A DNA stretch of 32,000 nucleotides from Methanopyrus kandleri AV19. GTDB lineage: Archaea > JAADCQ01 > Methanopyri > Methanopyrales > Methanopyraceae. Made by a program: the position numbers and the translations under genes. The stretch lies in assembly GCF_000007185.1 (NCBI RefSeq), contig NC_003551.1, forward strand, positions 1,290,001 to 1,322,000, read 5' to 3'. The notes beneath the pieces are model-generated. The model ran no database searches and had not been told where the DNA came from. It saw only the letters and a program-made list of their open reading frames with translations. Position 1 is the first letter of the stretch; the number at the start of each line of letters is the position of its first letter. Of the stretch, positions 1 to 8,181 are shown one piece after another.

Positions 1-2
1 CG

Positions 3-386
3 GTCTACAGGTCGCTGTGGGGCTACCCGAGGCCCGACGACGCACCGGGTCGGGAGGTCGGGCCGCCGCTGAGGGCGCTGGGACTGGATCCGAACGACCT
101 CCCTTACCTGGACGCGGACGGTAGGCTGAAGACCTACCGCGAGAGGCGGGAGTCGCGGCTACGGCCCGAGGAGGATCCCGTCGACGCGTTTCACGCGGCG
201 CTGCTGGAGGTGTTGGAAGACGGTCCGGGATCCGCCCTGGAGGCGCTGCCGGAAGAGGTGAGGGGAGAGGTCCTCGGGCTGGCCCTGGCGGTGGCCCGTG
301 CGGCGCGCCGTCGCGGTGAGGATCACCCGGAGGCGGAGCTGGCGCGGAGGCTCGTCGGGGTGTCGGCCGGTGCCGCGGCGCGGTGA
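3..386 (+). CDS. C-terminal part of a hypothetical protein, 5' end outside window
   Basis: Open frame 3 from the window edge to TGA at 384-386: ...VYRSLWGYPRPDDAPGREVGPPLRALGLDPNDLPYLDADGRLKTYRERRES...; not listed in the ORF track because it starts upstream. The next gene starts (GTG 391) just after its stop. Confidence 0.55.
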   Translation, partial: VYRSLWGYPRPDDAPGREVGPPLRALGLDPNDLPYLDADGRLKTYRERRESRLRPEEDPVDAFHAALLEVLEDGPGSALEALPEEVRGEVLGLALAVARAARRRGEDHPEAELARRLVGVSAGAAAR

Positions 387-390
387 GCCG

Positions 391-1122
391 GTGGACACCG
401 AGGGAAGGCTCCGGGAGACGATAGGCCGCTACCATGGTGTCGTCCTGGACACCAACGCGTTCGCGGCCCTCGCCAAGGCCTTCGTGGACGACATCTGCGA
501 GACCCCGGTCGATAACGTCGTGTACGCGTTCTTCCTCGAGGTCAAACGGATGATGGGTGAGAACTTCCTCCTCTACTCTTACGAGGAACTCCGGGCGGAG
601 TACGCCAAGCGCCTGGAAGATCTCAGAGACTACGACGGGCAGGAGGTGTGCTACGCCTGTCCGATACTCTCGGAACTCTTGGGGCCGACGGTGAGGGGCC
701 TCTGCTACCTGTTCAAGGGTCACGAGGACGTGAGCGTACACGATGATGTGCTGTCACGGCCGGAGTACTCCGAACAGCTGGAGAGGTTGTACCGGGGACT
801 GCGACGCGGGGGGTACGCCGGGTTACCCGAGTCCCTGCGGGGTTTCAAGTGCAACTTCGAGGAGGGTCAGGTCGGTGACAAGCACGTGGACGTGGCGAAC
901 GTCATGGTGGCAGCCGTCAAGGGGTCCGTCCTCGTGACCTCCGATCGTGGGATAAGGGACGCCTGCTCCGAGCTGAAGCCCAGATGTCTCTGCGTATATT
1001 TCAACCCCGGATACGTCGACGACCCCGTCCGCGAGGAGTTCGAGTTCGAGCTGGTTCCCCGTCCGGGAGGCCTGCCGGTCGGGCTGAGGTACCGCAAGGG
1101 GATCGGGAAGTTCACCCGCTAG
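391..1122 (+). CDS. PIN-domain-like protein (putative nuclease/toxin-like)
   Basis: GTG start at 391 (...MDTEGRLRETIGRYHGVVLDTNAFAALAK...). N-terminal VVLDTNAF and C-terminal GDKHVDVANVMVAAVKGSVLVTSDRGIRD match the PIN acidic-residue pattern. Confidence 0.6.
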   Translation: MDTEGRLRETIGRYHGVVLDTNAFAALAKAFVDDICETPVDNVVYAFFLEVKRMMGENFLLYSYEELRAEYAKRLEDLRDYDGQEVCYACPILSELLGPTVRGLCYLFKGHEDVSVHDDVLSRPEYSEQLERLYRGLRRGGYAGLPESLRGFKCNFEEGQVGDKHVDVANVMVAAVKGSVLVTSDRGIRDACSELKPRCLCVYFNPGYVDDPVREEFEFELVPRPGGLPVGLRYRKGIGKFTR

Positions 1123-1278
1123 TCCGTGACGTCCGGCCGTACCGTGTGTGGAGGGACGCCTGACGAATCCACTCGAACTTGAGACGATCGCATTACTACC
1201 GTCCGACAACGACACGTAAACCATGCGTAGATAATATGACATCGATATGAGCACTATTCGACTATCGTACGCGAACGC

Positions 1279-2064
1279 TCATACTGTCCGAGGTCGGAGC
1301 CGCCATCCGTGCTGCAGTTTCCAGCGTTCGAGTTCGAGTTGTACGTCGGGTACCTCGTGCCTCCCGTTGAGGGACTTCCTCCGGGAGCGGATCACCTTGC
1401 GGAGGTAGCTCGAGTAGTGGGCGGGCCAGCCTCCGAGGGTCCTCACGGTGAAGGACTCGAGTCGATCGGGTAGTTCCTCGAGTAAATCCCGGATCCTGGG
1501 TGATTCGGAGGGTCTGGCGTCGAATGTCAGCGCGAGCCCGCGGGTCAGGACACGTCTCGCCCGTTTGTATGGGAGGCTCGAGACCTCGGTGAGGAGGGTC
1601 TTGAGGACGGAGCGGAGGTTGCGCATCAAGTGCCGCGCGAGTTCCAAAACCTGTTTCTTATCTAGGGAAACCAACCATTCGACGAAGCTCACACTCTCGT
1701 TCTCCGGCTTGCCCAGGTAGAGCGTCCGACCGTGCCTGTGTCGAGAGCCACGCCTCCACCTCGCGACGTAGTACGGACCGCACGTGCTCCCGTTCACCGT
1801 CCGATAGGTCACCTCGAGACTCGGCTTCCTCCCACGACGGTGAACCTCTCGGAGTACCCGGAGGACTCGGATCCGCTCTACCGGGTCCGAAGGTATCGGG
1901 ATGTGAACGTGCGATCTCACCAACCCCGGCACGCGATCCAGGGTAGTGACCCCAAGTTGTATGGAGACAGAGGTGAAGCGGCACCTCGAGATATAAGCCT
2001 TGTCATCTCGGACCCCGATCGCATCTTCGGTTACCATACAAGCTCCGCAGGGAACTCCCTCCAC
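1279..2064 (-). CDS. hypothetical protein
   Basis: 261-aa ORF with codon-like composition; contains GSTCGPYYVARWRRGSRHRHGRTLYLGKPE, a GPYWY...YIGK-like segment seen in some uncharacterised families. Confidence 0.5.
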   Translation of the reverse strand: MEGVPCGACMVTEDAIGVRDDKAYISRCRFTSVSIQLGVTTLDRVPGLVRSHVHIPIPSDPVERIRVLRVLREVHRRGRKPSLEVTYRTVNGSTCGPYYVARWRRGSRHRHGRTLYLGKPENESVSFVEWLVSLDKKQVLELARHLMRNLRSVLKTLLTEVSSLPYKRARRVLTRGLALTFDARPSESPRIRDLLEELPDRLESFTVRTLGGWPAHYSSYLRKVIRSRRKSLNGRHEVPDVQLELERWKLQHGWRLRPRTV

Positions 2065-2091
2065 CCGCGGGCCGGAGGAATCCCCGGCCGG

Positions 2092-2835
2092 TCAATCCCC
2101 GACGTCGACGAGCCTCAGGACGTAGTCGCGGACGGCCTCGACGACCTCCCGGGCGACCTCGACGAGTTCCCCCACGTCGACGTCCTCGCCCGGGTAGTGA
2201 CCGTACCGCACCTCGGACCACGCGTGGGAGAGCTCCCTCAGCTCCCATCGGTACCGACGCGACAGCTCCCCGAACGCGTCCTTCCCCGTGACCCGGTGGA
2301 GCCTGCCGAGCAACTTCCCTAGAAAGTGCGTTCCCGGCGGCGCCTCGCCCAGAGCTATGAGAGCCGCTTTGATTGTCAGCTCCACGGCCTGGTGCGCGTG
2401 GAGTGCGGCTAGGTCGTTCCAGCCCCGCTCCTCGGACTCGACGGCCGACCTCAGGAACCTCTCACCGCGTTCCAGCAGCTCCTCGACCAGCGCCCTCGTG
2501 TCGTCGGATTCCGACGTCATGAGCATACGACCCCAAACCTCGAAATCTTTCGGTCTCACGATCAGCACGTCGACACGATCCTCCGGTACCCCGGCCTCCT
2601 CGCACAGTTCGTACGCGATCCGAGCCCTCTCCCTGAAGGAGGAGGGTGCGCGCTCGCTCACCACCATCACGTCCAGGTCGCTCCCGGGCACGGCCCGGCC
2701 CTTGGCGACGCTGCCGAAGGGTACCACACGGGCGTCCTCACCCAGCACCCGCCGGGCGGCCTCCCCGAGCCGCCTCACCCACTCCCAGCTCGGGACCGAA
2801 CCCACGGCACCCGCCCCCGGCCCCGTGCGTCGCAT
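2092..2835 (-). CDS. MNT-type nucleotidyltransferase fused to HEPN domain
   Basis: GSVAKGRAVPGSDLDVMVV (GSx10DxD nucleotidyltransferase signature) followed by a HEPN-like helical region (LAALHAHQAVELTIKAALIALGEAPPGTHFLGKLL...). Exact start codon uncertain. Confidence 0.75.
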   Translation of the reverse strand: MRRTGPGAGAVGSVPSWEWVRRLGEAARRVLGEDARVVPFGSVAKGRAVPGSDLDVMVVSERAPSSFRERARIAYELCEEAGVPEDRVDVLIVRPKDFEVWGRMLMTSESDDTRALVEELLERGERFLRSAVESEERGWNDLAALHAHQAVELTIKAALIALGEAPPGTHFLGKLLGRLHRVTGKDAFGELSRRYRWELRELSHAWSEVRYGHYPGEDVDVGELVEVAREVVEAVRDYVLRLVDVGD

Positions 2836-2838
2836 CGT

Positions 2839-4143
2839 ATGAAGGATCCAGGTGGGACCGACGGTGTTAAGGCGGAGTTCCCCTTCCGAAGGATGATACC
2901 TCGAGGAGGACCGGGGGTATCCCCCTCGCCGCGCGTTGAGTTCGCCTCCACGGTGGGCACCTCCACGCTGAACAACCTGGCACGGGCGCTCGGGAAAGGT
3001 GACCTAGACGCCGATTTGGACCCGGGAGACGCCTACCGCGCCGCGAGGAACCCGGAGGCGGTTGAGGAGATCGGCGAGGAAGTTCTCGAGGAGGCTCTCA
3101 TGGAGCTAGTGGAGGCGGATCCGAAGCGGGCTTCCGCCGAGCTGAACACGCTCCTGCGCATGGCGGAGCGGGCCGAGCGCGAGGGTCTCGAGATCGACTC
3201 GATCGCGCTGATCCCGACGAAGACCGCCAACTGCCGGTTGTGCGCGAGGGTCGTGGCGGAGTACCTGCGGGAGGAGGGCTACGCGGTCTGGGAGACCGAA
3301 CCCGTCAGGGCGGGTGTGGACCCGGGGGAGTTCTGGTGGGGTCTAAGCGACCTGCTCGAGCGGCTCGAGGACGTCGGCGTCACGGACCCCTCGCGGAACG
3401 TGTGGGTGGCCGCCACCCCCGGCTTCAAGCCCGAGGCCGCCGTCCTGACGCTCGTCGCGTCGCTGTTCGGCAAGCCCGTGTTCTACGTGCACGAGGTCAT
3501 GAACGAGCTCGTCGAGATCCCGCCCGCGATGCCGGTCGTCACCGACCCCGGGTTCGTGCTCGGACTGATCGAGCTCCGGAGGAGGCTCGGTGACGGCGCC
3601 CCCGAAGAGGTGGCGGAGGAGGTCCTGAACGACCTGGCGCGGGACGAGGAGGAAAGGGAGCGGTACAAGCTCTTCCTCGTGGAGGATCCGCGGAGCAAGA
3701 ACATCGGACCGTCGCCGCTGGCCCGGCTCGCCGAGTCGTTCCTGGCGCTTGGCCTGCTCGCGGCGAAAGCGCGGAACTACTCCGTTGAGATCCGGACCAA
3801 GGGACACACCGTCCCGGTGAGCCGGGGAGGCGGTGTGAAGAAGGTCGACCGGGCGACCCTGAGGGAGCTCCCGCTGGAGGACGACACCCTCGAGGTCCTG
3901 GCGACCGTGGCCGCGCTCGAAGGCGTGGATGACACCTGGTTCGTGGCCGGCGAGTGGACGACCGAGGGGACGCGTCGGCACGCGAGGACCGTGGAGGTAC
4001 TCGAAACTCGGGACGACGCCGTGGTCGTGTCGGTCAGGGACCGACGGGTGCACATCTCGAGGCTCCTGATCCCGACCGAGGATCCCGAGCGGGTGGCGCG
4101 GGCCCTGAAACAGCTGGTCGGGGCGCTGTCCGACGCCCGCTAG
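2839..4143 (+). CDS. CARF-domain CRISPR-associated protein (APE2256/Csx1-like)
   Basis: VEFASTVGTSTLNNLARAL at N-term, KRASAELNTLLRM, IPTKTANCRLCARVVAEYL, and VWVAATPGFKPEAAVLTLVASLFGKPVFYVHEVMNELVEIPPAMPVV, the signature layout of APE2256-type CARF proteins. Start may be ATG 2839 or further downstream (for example 2896). Confidence 0.75.
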   Translation: MKDPGGTDGVKAEFPFRRMIPRGGPGVSPSPRVEFASTVGTSTLNNLARALGKGDLDADLDPGDAYRAARNPEAVEEIGEEVLEEALMELVEADPKRASAELNTLLRMAERAEREGLEIDSIALIPTKTANCRLCARVVAEYLREEGYAVWETEPVRAGVDPGEFWWGLSDLLERLEDVGVTDPSRNVWVAATPGFKPEAAVLTLVASLFGKPVFYVHEVMNELVEIPPAMPVVTDPGFVLGLIELRRRLGDGAPEEVAEEVLNDLARDEEERERYKLFLVEDPRSKNIGPSPLARLAESFLALGLLAAKARNYSVEIRTKGHTVPVSRGGGVKKVDRATLRELPLEDDTLEVLATVAALEGVDDTWFVAGEWTTEGTRRHARTVEVLETRDDAVVVSVRDRRVHISRLLIPTEDPERVARALKQLVGALSDAR

Positions 4144-4370
4144 CCACGACGTGGGAAGTCACAACACCGTACAACCGGCGCGCATCGGGTCACCTAGGAC
4201 CCGAAACCCAAAAGTTCCACGATCGGACGGTCCGTTTCCCGATGACCGACCCCGGATCGGCCCGCCCGATCGGACGGCACCATCGGAGTTTCCGTAGCGT
4301 CATAAAACCACAATTACGTTAACGCGACACACCATCCACACCGACGACCGCGACGCACGGGGGGTGTCCC

Positions 4371-5660
4371 TTGCGGACCCTCCCGATCGCGCTGACCCTG
4401 CTGCTCGTACCGGCGGCCGCCCACGCGCTCCAGCCGGAGGTCCTGTGGAAGGGAGAGTTCCCCGACTGTCCGGGGAGCGGCTTCGTACACCTGGTACCCG
4501 TCGAGAACGAGGAGAACACGGCGCTGCTCGTCGTCCGTACCTTCGAACGCTGGTCGCTGTACGAGGTGAAGGGCTCCGAGGTCACGCACCTCGGGGACGT
4601 CGACCTGGCCACGCCGAGGTCCACCGAGGTCACGGGGGCCATGTACTACCCCGACCGGAACGAGCTGCTGGTCACGGCCGTGATCGAGGAGGAAGGGGAG
4701 GGACCGGGCGGCGGCGTCCTAGCGATCAGGGTCGGACGCGACGGGGTCGACGCGCGTAAGTTCGACGGCGCCTACGTGCACGCGAGACCGTGCCCGGACG
4801 GGACGATCCTGGCGCTGCTCCACGAGGGCCACGAGTACCTGGAGGACGAGGGTGTCCACCGTCACGACCTCGCCCTGATACGCCTGTACCCCGACGGTCG
4901 CGCGGAGCGGTTGGTCACGTTCGACGTCTTCTCCACGCTGCCGCCCAGTGCCCTGCTGATCCCGGGGACGCTCCGGATCGAGCCGTTGGGCGACGACTAC
5001 CTGATCACGGGCTCGGACCTCGTGAGCATGGTCGAGCTCAGGAGGACGGCTTCCGGCTGGGATACGAGGTACTACGGCCCGATGAACCTCGGCGCCAGGA
5101 TAACCTACTACCTCGAGGAGTCGACGGTGTTAGACCCCCGGAAGCGGCTGGTGCTCGTCCGGCAGTCCAATCTGGACGAGCCGCTCGAGGGTTACTGGGC
5201 GATCTGCGAGCTCGTCCCGGAGTCGGGACTGGGAGGCCCGGTCCTGAAGGAGCTGCGCCGGGTCGACCTCGGAGGCGATGACCTGTACTTCCCGCAGTCG
5301 GGGGTCAAGCTGGAGGTCGGCGGGTCGACGTACTACGTGGTACCGGCGGTGGGCGCGTCGTCGACGAAGCTCCTGGTGCTCGGACCCGACACGGCCCATG
5401 TATGGGAGGTACCCGGGTTCAGGGAGCTGGCGGTGACCCCGAGGCTCTACGGGGCGAGGGTCTCGGAGAGGGAGACGGGAGGGTGCACGGTCGAGGTCTG
5501 CGCGTTCAAACCCTCGAGGGGCGAGGAGTGGCTGACGCCGCTCTTCGGCGGCACCGGGGAGGGCGAGAAGAAGGAGGAGCACAAGGAGAACGAGGGCGGT
5601 AAGGTCGCGATCGTCCCGGTCCTACCGGCGATTCCGTTCAGACGTCCCGGTAGGGCGTGA
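4371..5660 (+). CDS. secreted hypothetical protein with signal peptide and charged/proline-rich C-terminal tail
   Basis: Signal-peptide-like MRTLPIALTLLLVPAAAHA; C-terminus GGTGEGEKKEEHKENEGGKVAIVPVLPAIPFRRPGRA. Confidence 0.7.
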   Translation: MRTLPIALTLLLVPAAAHALQPEVLWKGEFPDCPGSGFVHLVPVENEENTALLVVRTFERWSLYEVKGSEVTHLGDVDLATPRSTEVTGAMYYPDRNELLVTAVIEEEGEGPGGGVLAIRVGRDGVDARKFDGAYVHARPCPDGTILALLHEGHEYLEDEGVHRHDLALIRLYPDGRAERLVTFDVFSTLPPSALLIPGTLRIEPLGDDYLITGSDLVSMVELRRTASGWDTRYYGPMNLGARITYYLEESTVLDPRKRLVLVRQSNLDEPLEGYWAICELVPESGLGGPVLKELRRVDLGGDDLYFPQSGVKLEVGGSTYYVVPAVGASSTKLLVLGPDTAHVWEVPGFRELAVTPRLYGARVSERETGGCTVEVCAFKPSRGEEWLTPLFGGTGEGEKKEEHKENEGGKVAIVPVLPAIPFRRPGRA

Positions 5661-5770
5661 GCCCCTTCCCCCACTTCTTCCCCAACGGGCGATCGCGGTG
5701 CTCCCGGCCCGGTGCCGCCGATTCTCTCACGCCTCGCTTCCCGACCCCTCACACCCTCCGGGAGCGACGC

Positions 5771-6913
5771 TCACGGTGAACCCCGCCGGCGGGTCCCGGC
5801 GATCCGCCTCCGGTGAGCGCGACGTAGCGGCACCACCTGTGGGGCGTACACCCAGAACCCCTCCCTCCCCTCGGGGAACAGGAACACGACGTTCGGATGA
5901 GCCTTCATCAACCGCCCGACCTCCCCGAAATCGCCCCGTCGGTACGCCTCCACGACGTCCGAGATGAACTCCATCATCGGGTCGTCCCGCGCCACCTCGA
6001 ACCACACGAGCAACGGTTCGAGACCGTCAGCCGTGCGCATCACGACCCCGCCCTTCAACGTCCCGACACCGTCCTCGGACGTGTCCCCCGTAGGCCTCCA
6101 CGGGACGGCGACGTGTCGGGTCCGTATCTTCCCGGATCCGAGGTCGAACGTGACCTCGACCCCCTGTAGAGGGGCGACGTCCGCCTTCCGGTGGGAAACT
6201 GTGGCGATGGCCAGCTCCAACGCGGAGGTAAGCGGGTCTTCGAGCAGCTGAACCCGCATGTTCACGACGTCGCCACCCACGAGGTACTCGACGTCCAGCA
6301 GCGGCCACGGTCCATCGGCCAGGACCACCCGGTCCGACGATCCCCCGCCCTCCAGTACCGCCGCCGGTGGCACGTAGGGGCGGGGAGCGAGGGGACAACC
6401 ACCGTCGATCGGGAGCTGAACACCGCCGACGACCGTGCACCGGTAACCGTCTACCAAAGCGCTCACGTCGAGGGGGATCGGCGGGTAGAGCCCCCGAACG
6501 ACCACGGCCGGCCCTTCCACCACTACGGTCCGGCCCACGCGGTCCAAACGGATCCGGACCTTCCCGGGTTCGCACTCGACGTACGACAGGGGTAGGACGT
6601 CCGAGACGCTCGTCACGCTACCCCTCGGACGTCCCCCAGCCGGAACCACGAACGCGTCCAGCCCGGGGACGTAGACGACGTCCACGGTCCGTCCCCGGAA
6701 CCCGCGCGCGTCGACGACGATCCTGGCGTCCGCACTCTTCCACTTGGGTTCCACGACGGACTCGAAGTACCGGGCCAGGTACCCGATGTCGTCGCTCGCC
6801 TTACCCCGGATCAGGGGCTCACCCGCCGACGGTGTCGCGGTCAGGATCAGCCCCAGAACCAGCGGGACGACCGTCACTCGCGGCCCCGTGGTGACGACGT
6901 TTCGGGAGCTCAT
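5771..6913 (-). CDS. secreted hypothetical protein
   Basis: ORF extends to 7030, but the likely start is MSSRNVVTTGPRVTVVPLVLGLILTATPSAGEP (signal peptide) near 6913. Confidence 0.6.
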   Translation of the reverse strand: MSSRNVVTTGPRVTVVPLVLGLILTATPSAGEPLIRGKASDDIGYLARYFESVVEPKWKSADARIVVDARGFRGRTVDVVYVPGLDAFVVPAGGRPRGSVTSVSDVLPLSYVECEPGKVRIRLDRVGRTVVVEGPAVVVRGLYPPIPLDVSALVDGYRCTVVGGVQLPIDGGCPLAPRPYVPPAAVLEGGGSSDRVVLADGPWPLLDVEYLVGGDVVNMRVQLLEDPLTSALELAIATVSHRKADVAPLQGVEVTFDLGSGKIRTRHVAVPWRPTGDTSEDGVGTLKGGVVMRTADGLEPLLVWFEVARDDPMMEFISDVVEAYRRGDFGEVGRLMKAHPNVVFLFPEGREGFWVYAPQVVPLRRAHRRRIAGTRRRGSP

Positions 6914-7127
6914 AAGTCCGTTTCCCTTTCCGGGTAGCAACGTGGGGTTTTCATCCGGGCCCGTAGGCCGTGCGTGGACCGAGCGTGCCGGTTGAGAGGT
7001 CGTGGAACCGGCGGCGTTCGCTTTTTTCATGAAATTAATTAGAGAGTCCCGATCCTGTACCGCCGTTGGTTATACTACAGACTAATCATGAAATGTTATA
7101 ATATTGTTATAGAATAATGTTAATGCA

Positions 7128-7163
7128 CTATCACTATCTGCATTATTACGGTTTAATTATAAG
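7128..7163 (-). repeat. decayed trailer repeat of array 1
   Basis: CTATCACTATCTGCATTATTACGGTTTAATTATAAG matches the array-1 repeat at about 25/36 ungapped positions, separated by 53 nt from the first intact repeat. Confidence 0.6.
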
Positions 7164-7216
7164 TTTCTAACAGTTGTAAAGTTAATAATCATCTATACAG
7201 CAGCGAGTACAGTGCA

Positions 7217-7617
7217 GTTTCATTACCCGTGTTATTACGGGTTAATTGCGAGTCTGTTGTATTGGTATTGGGATGTTCCATGTGACTTTTACTCTGGCGT
7301 ATGGTTTCATTACCCGTGTTATTACGGGTTAATTGCGAGAGACAAACTAGTAGCGTTCGCGAGATTCAAAGGAGATATCACGGTGTGTTCGTTTCATTAC
7401 CCGTGTTATTACGGGTTAATTGCGAGTTTTGCAATCGATGATGCTTTTGCTAGAATTTCTTTCATTTCTGGGTCTAAATCTCTTAATGTTTCATTACCCG
7501 TGTTATTACGGGTTAATTGCGAGCATGGACATAGACACGGACATAGACATGGACACGTCAACGGCTGTCGACATTCTAGCCGTTTCATTACCCGTGTTAT
7601 TACGGGTTAATTGCGAG
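7217..7617 (-). CRISPR. CRISPR array 1: five 36-nt repeats, four spacers
   Basis: Identical repeat GTTTCATTACCCGTGTTATTACGGGTTAATTGCGAG at 7217-7252, 7304-7339, 7391-7426, 7488-7523 and 7582-7617; spacers 51, 51, 61 and 58 nt. Orientation (minus) inferred from GAAAC 3' end of CTCGCAATTAACCCGTAATAACACGGGTAATGAAAC and from the leader on the right. Confidence 0.99.
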
Positions 7618-8151
7618 GGCGGCCAGTTCTTCCGGAGGACCCACCTTTACACTATGAAACTACCGAGGGGATTCACTATCCCTTACCCACCAGAACTAGC
7701 ACATCGGTCCTATTTAAAGATTGCCCCGATTTCGCTGAACACTTAATCATACTAAAATCCAATACTAATTCGTTTCCGTTTAACCGAAAGCCTTATATAT
7801 AATATTGGTAATACCGAAAACCATAGCTTTCTCTTACGAGTAATTAATCTGTTAACTTGATGAAGTAATAACTGTACAGTACTCGTAAACCGCCTTAATA
7901 CCTCATGAGAACTGTAATCCTTTACTAACAGTTAGAATTGTTATCCTTTCGAAGTGAAGTAAGGTGAAAATCTTGCACTGTTAAAGTGCACTAGTTAGGC
8001 TGCAGGAAAAACTATTACCAGTATTGATAAGTATGAGTAAAAGTGGTAATACTTCATACTCAAACCCTCCGGAACGACCGTTTCCTACGGGGAAGAACCC
8101 GCCTTTCTACCAAGTAAGTTAACCCTATGAAAAACCAGTACGAGATGGTAC
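7618..8151 (-). promoter_or_regulatory. leader of CRISPR array 1 (inverted-repeat arm A)
   Basis: AT-rich block alignable nearly end to end with the reverse complement of 16380-16913; TATA-like TATTTAAAG at 7711-7719 shared by both arms. Confidence 0.85.
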
Positions 8152-8181
8152 GACCATTACTTAAATTAAGTAATACTCCCA

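Noticed and set aside
4215-4290. Short repeated CGATCGGACGG elements upstream of the secreted protein gene
   Set aside because: Only two short imperfect copies in GC-rich sequence; not enough to call a regulatory array.
7212-7610. 117-aa ORF with repeated FHYPCYYGLIA and the opposite-strand SLPVLLRVNCE peptides
   Set aside because: These are translations of the CRISPR repeats.
7611-7802. 63-aa ORF (MRGRPVLPEDPPLHYETTEGIHYPLPTR...) with a paralogue at 16720..16920 (minus), seeming to be a conserved protein pair
   Set aside because: Both lie in the duplicated leaders and begin inside a CRISPR repeat. Most nucleotide differences between the copies change the amino acid, so the conservation reflects leader duplication and not coding.
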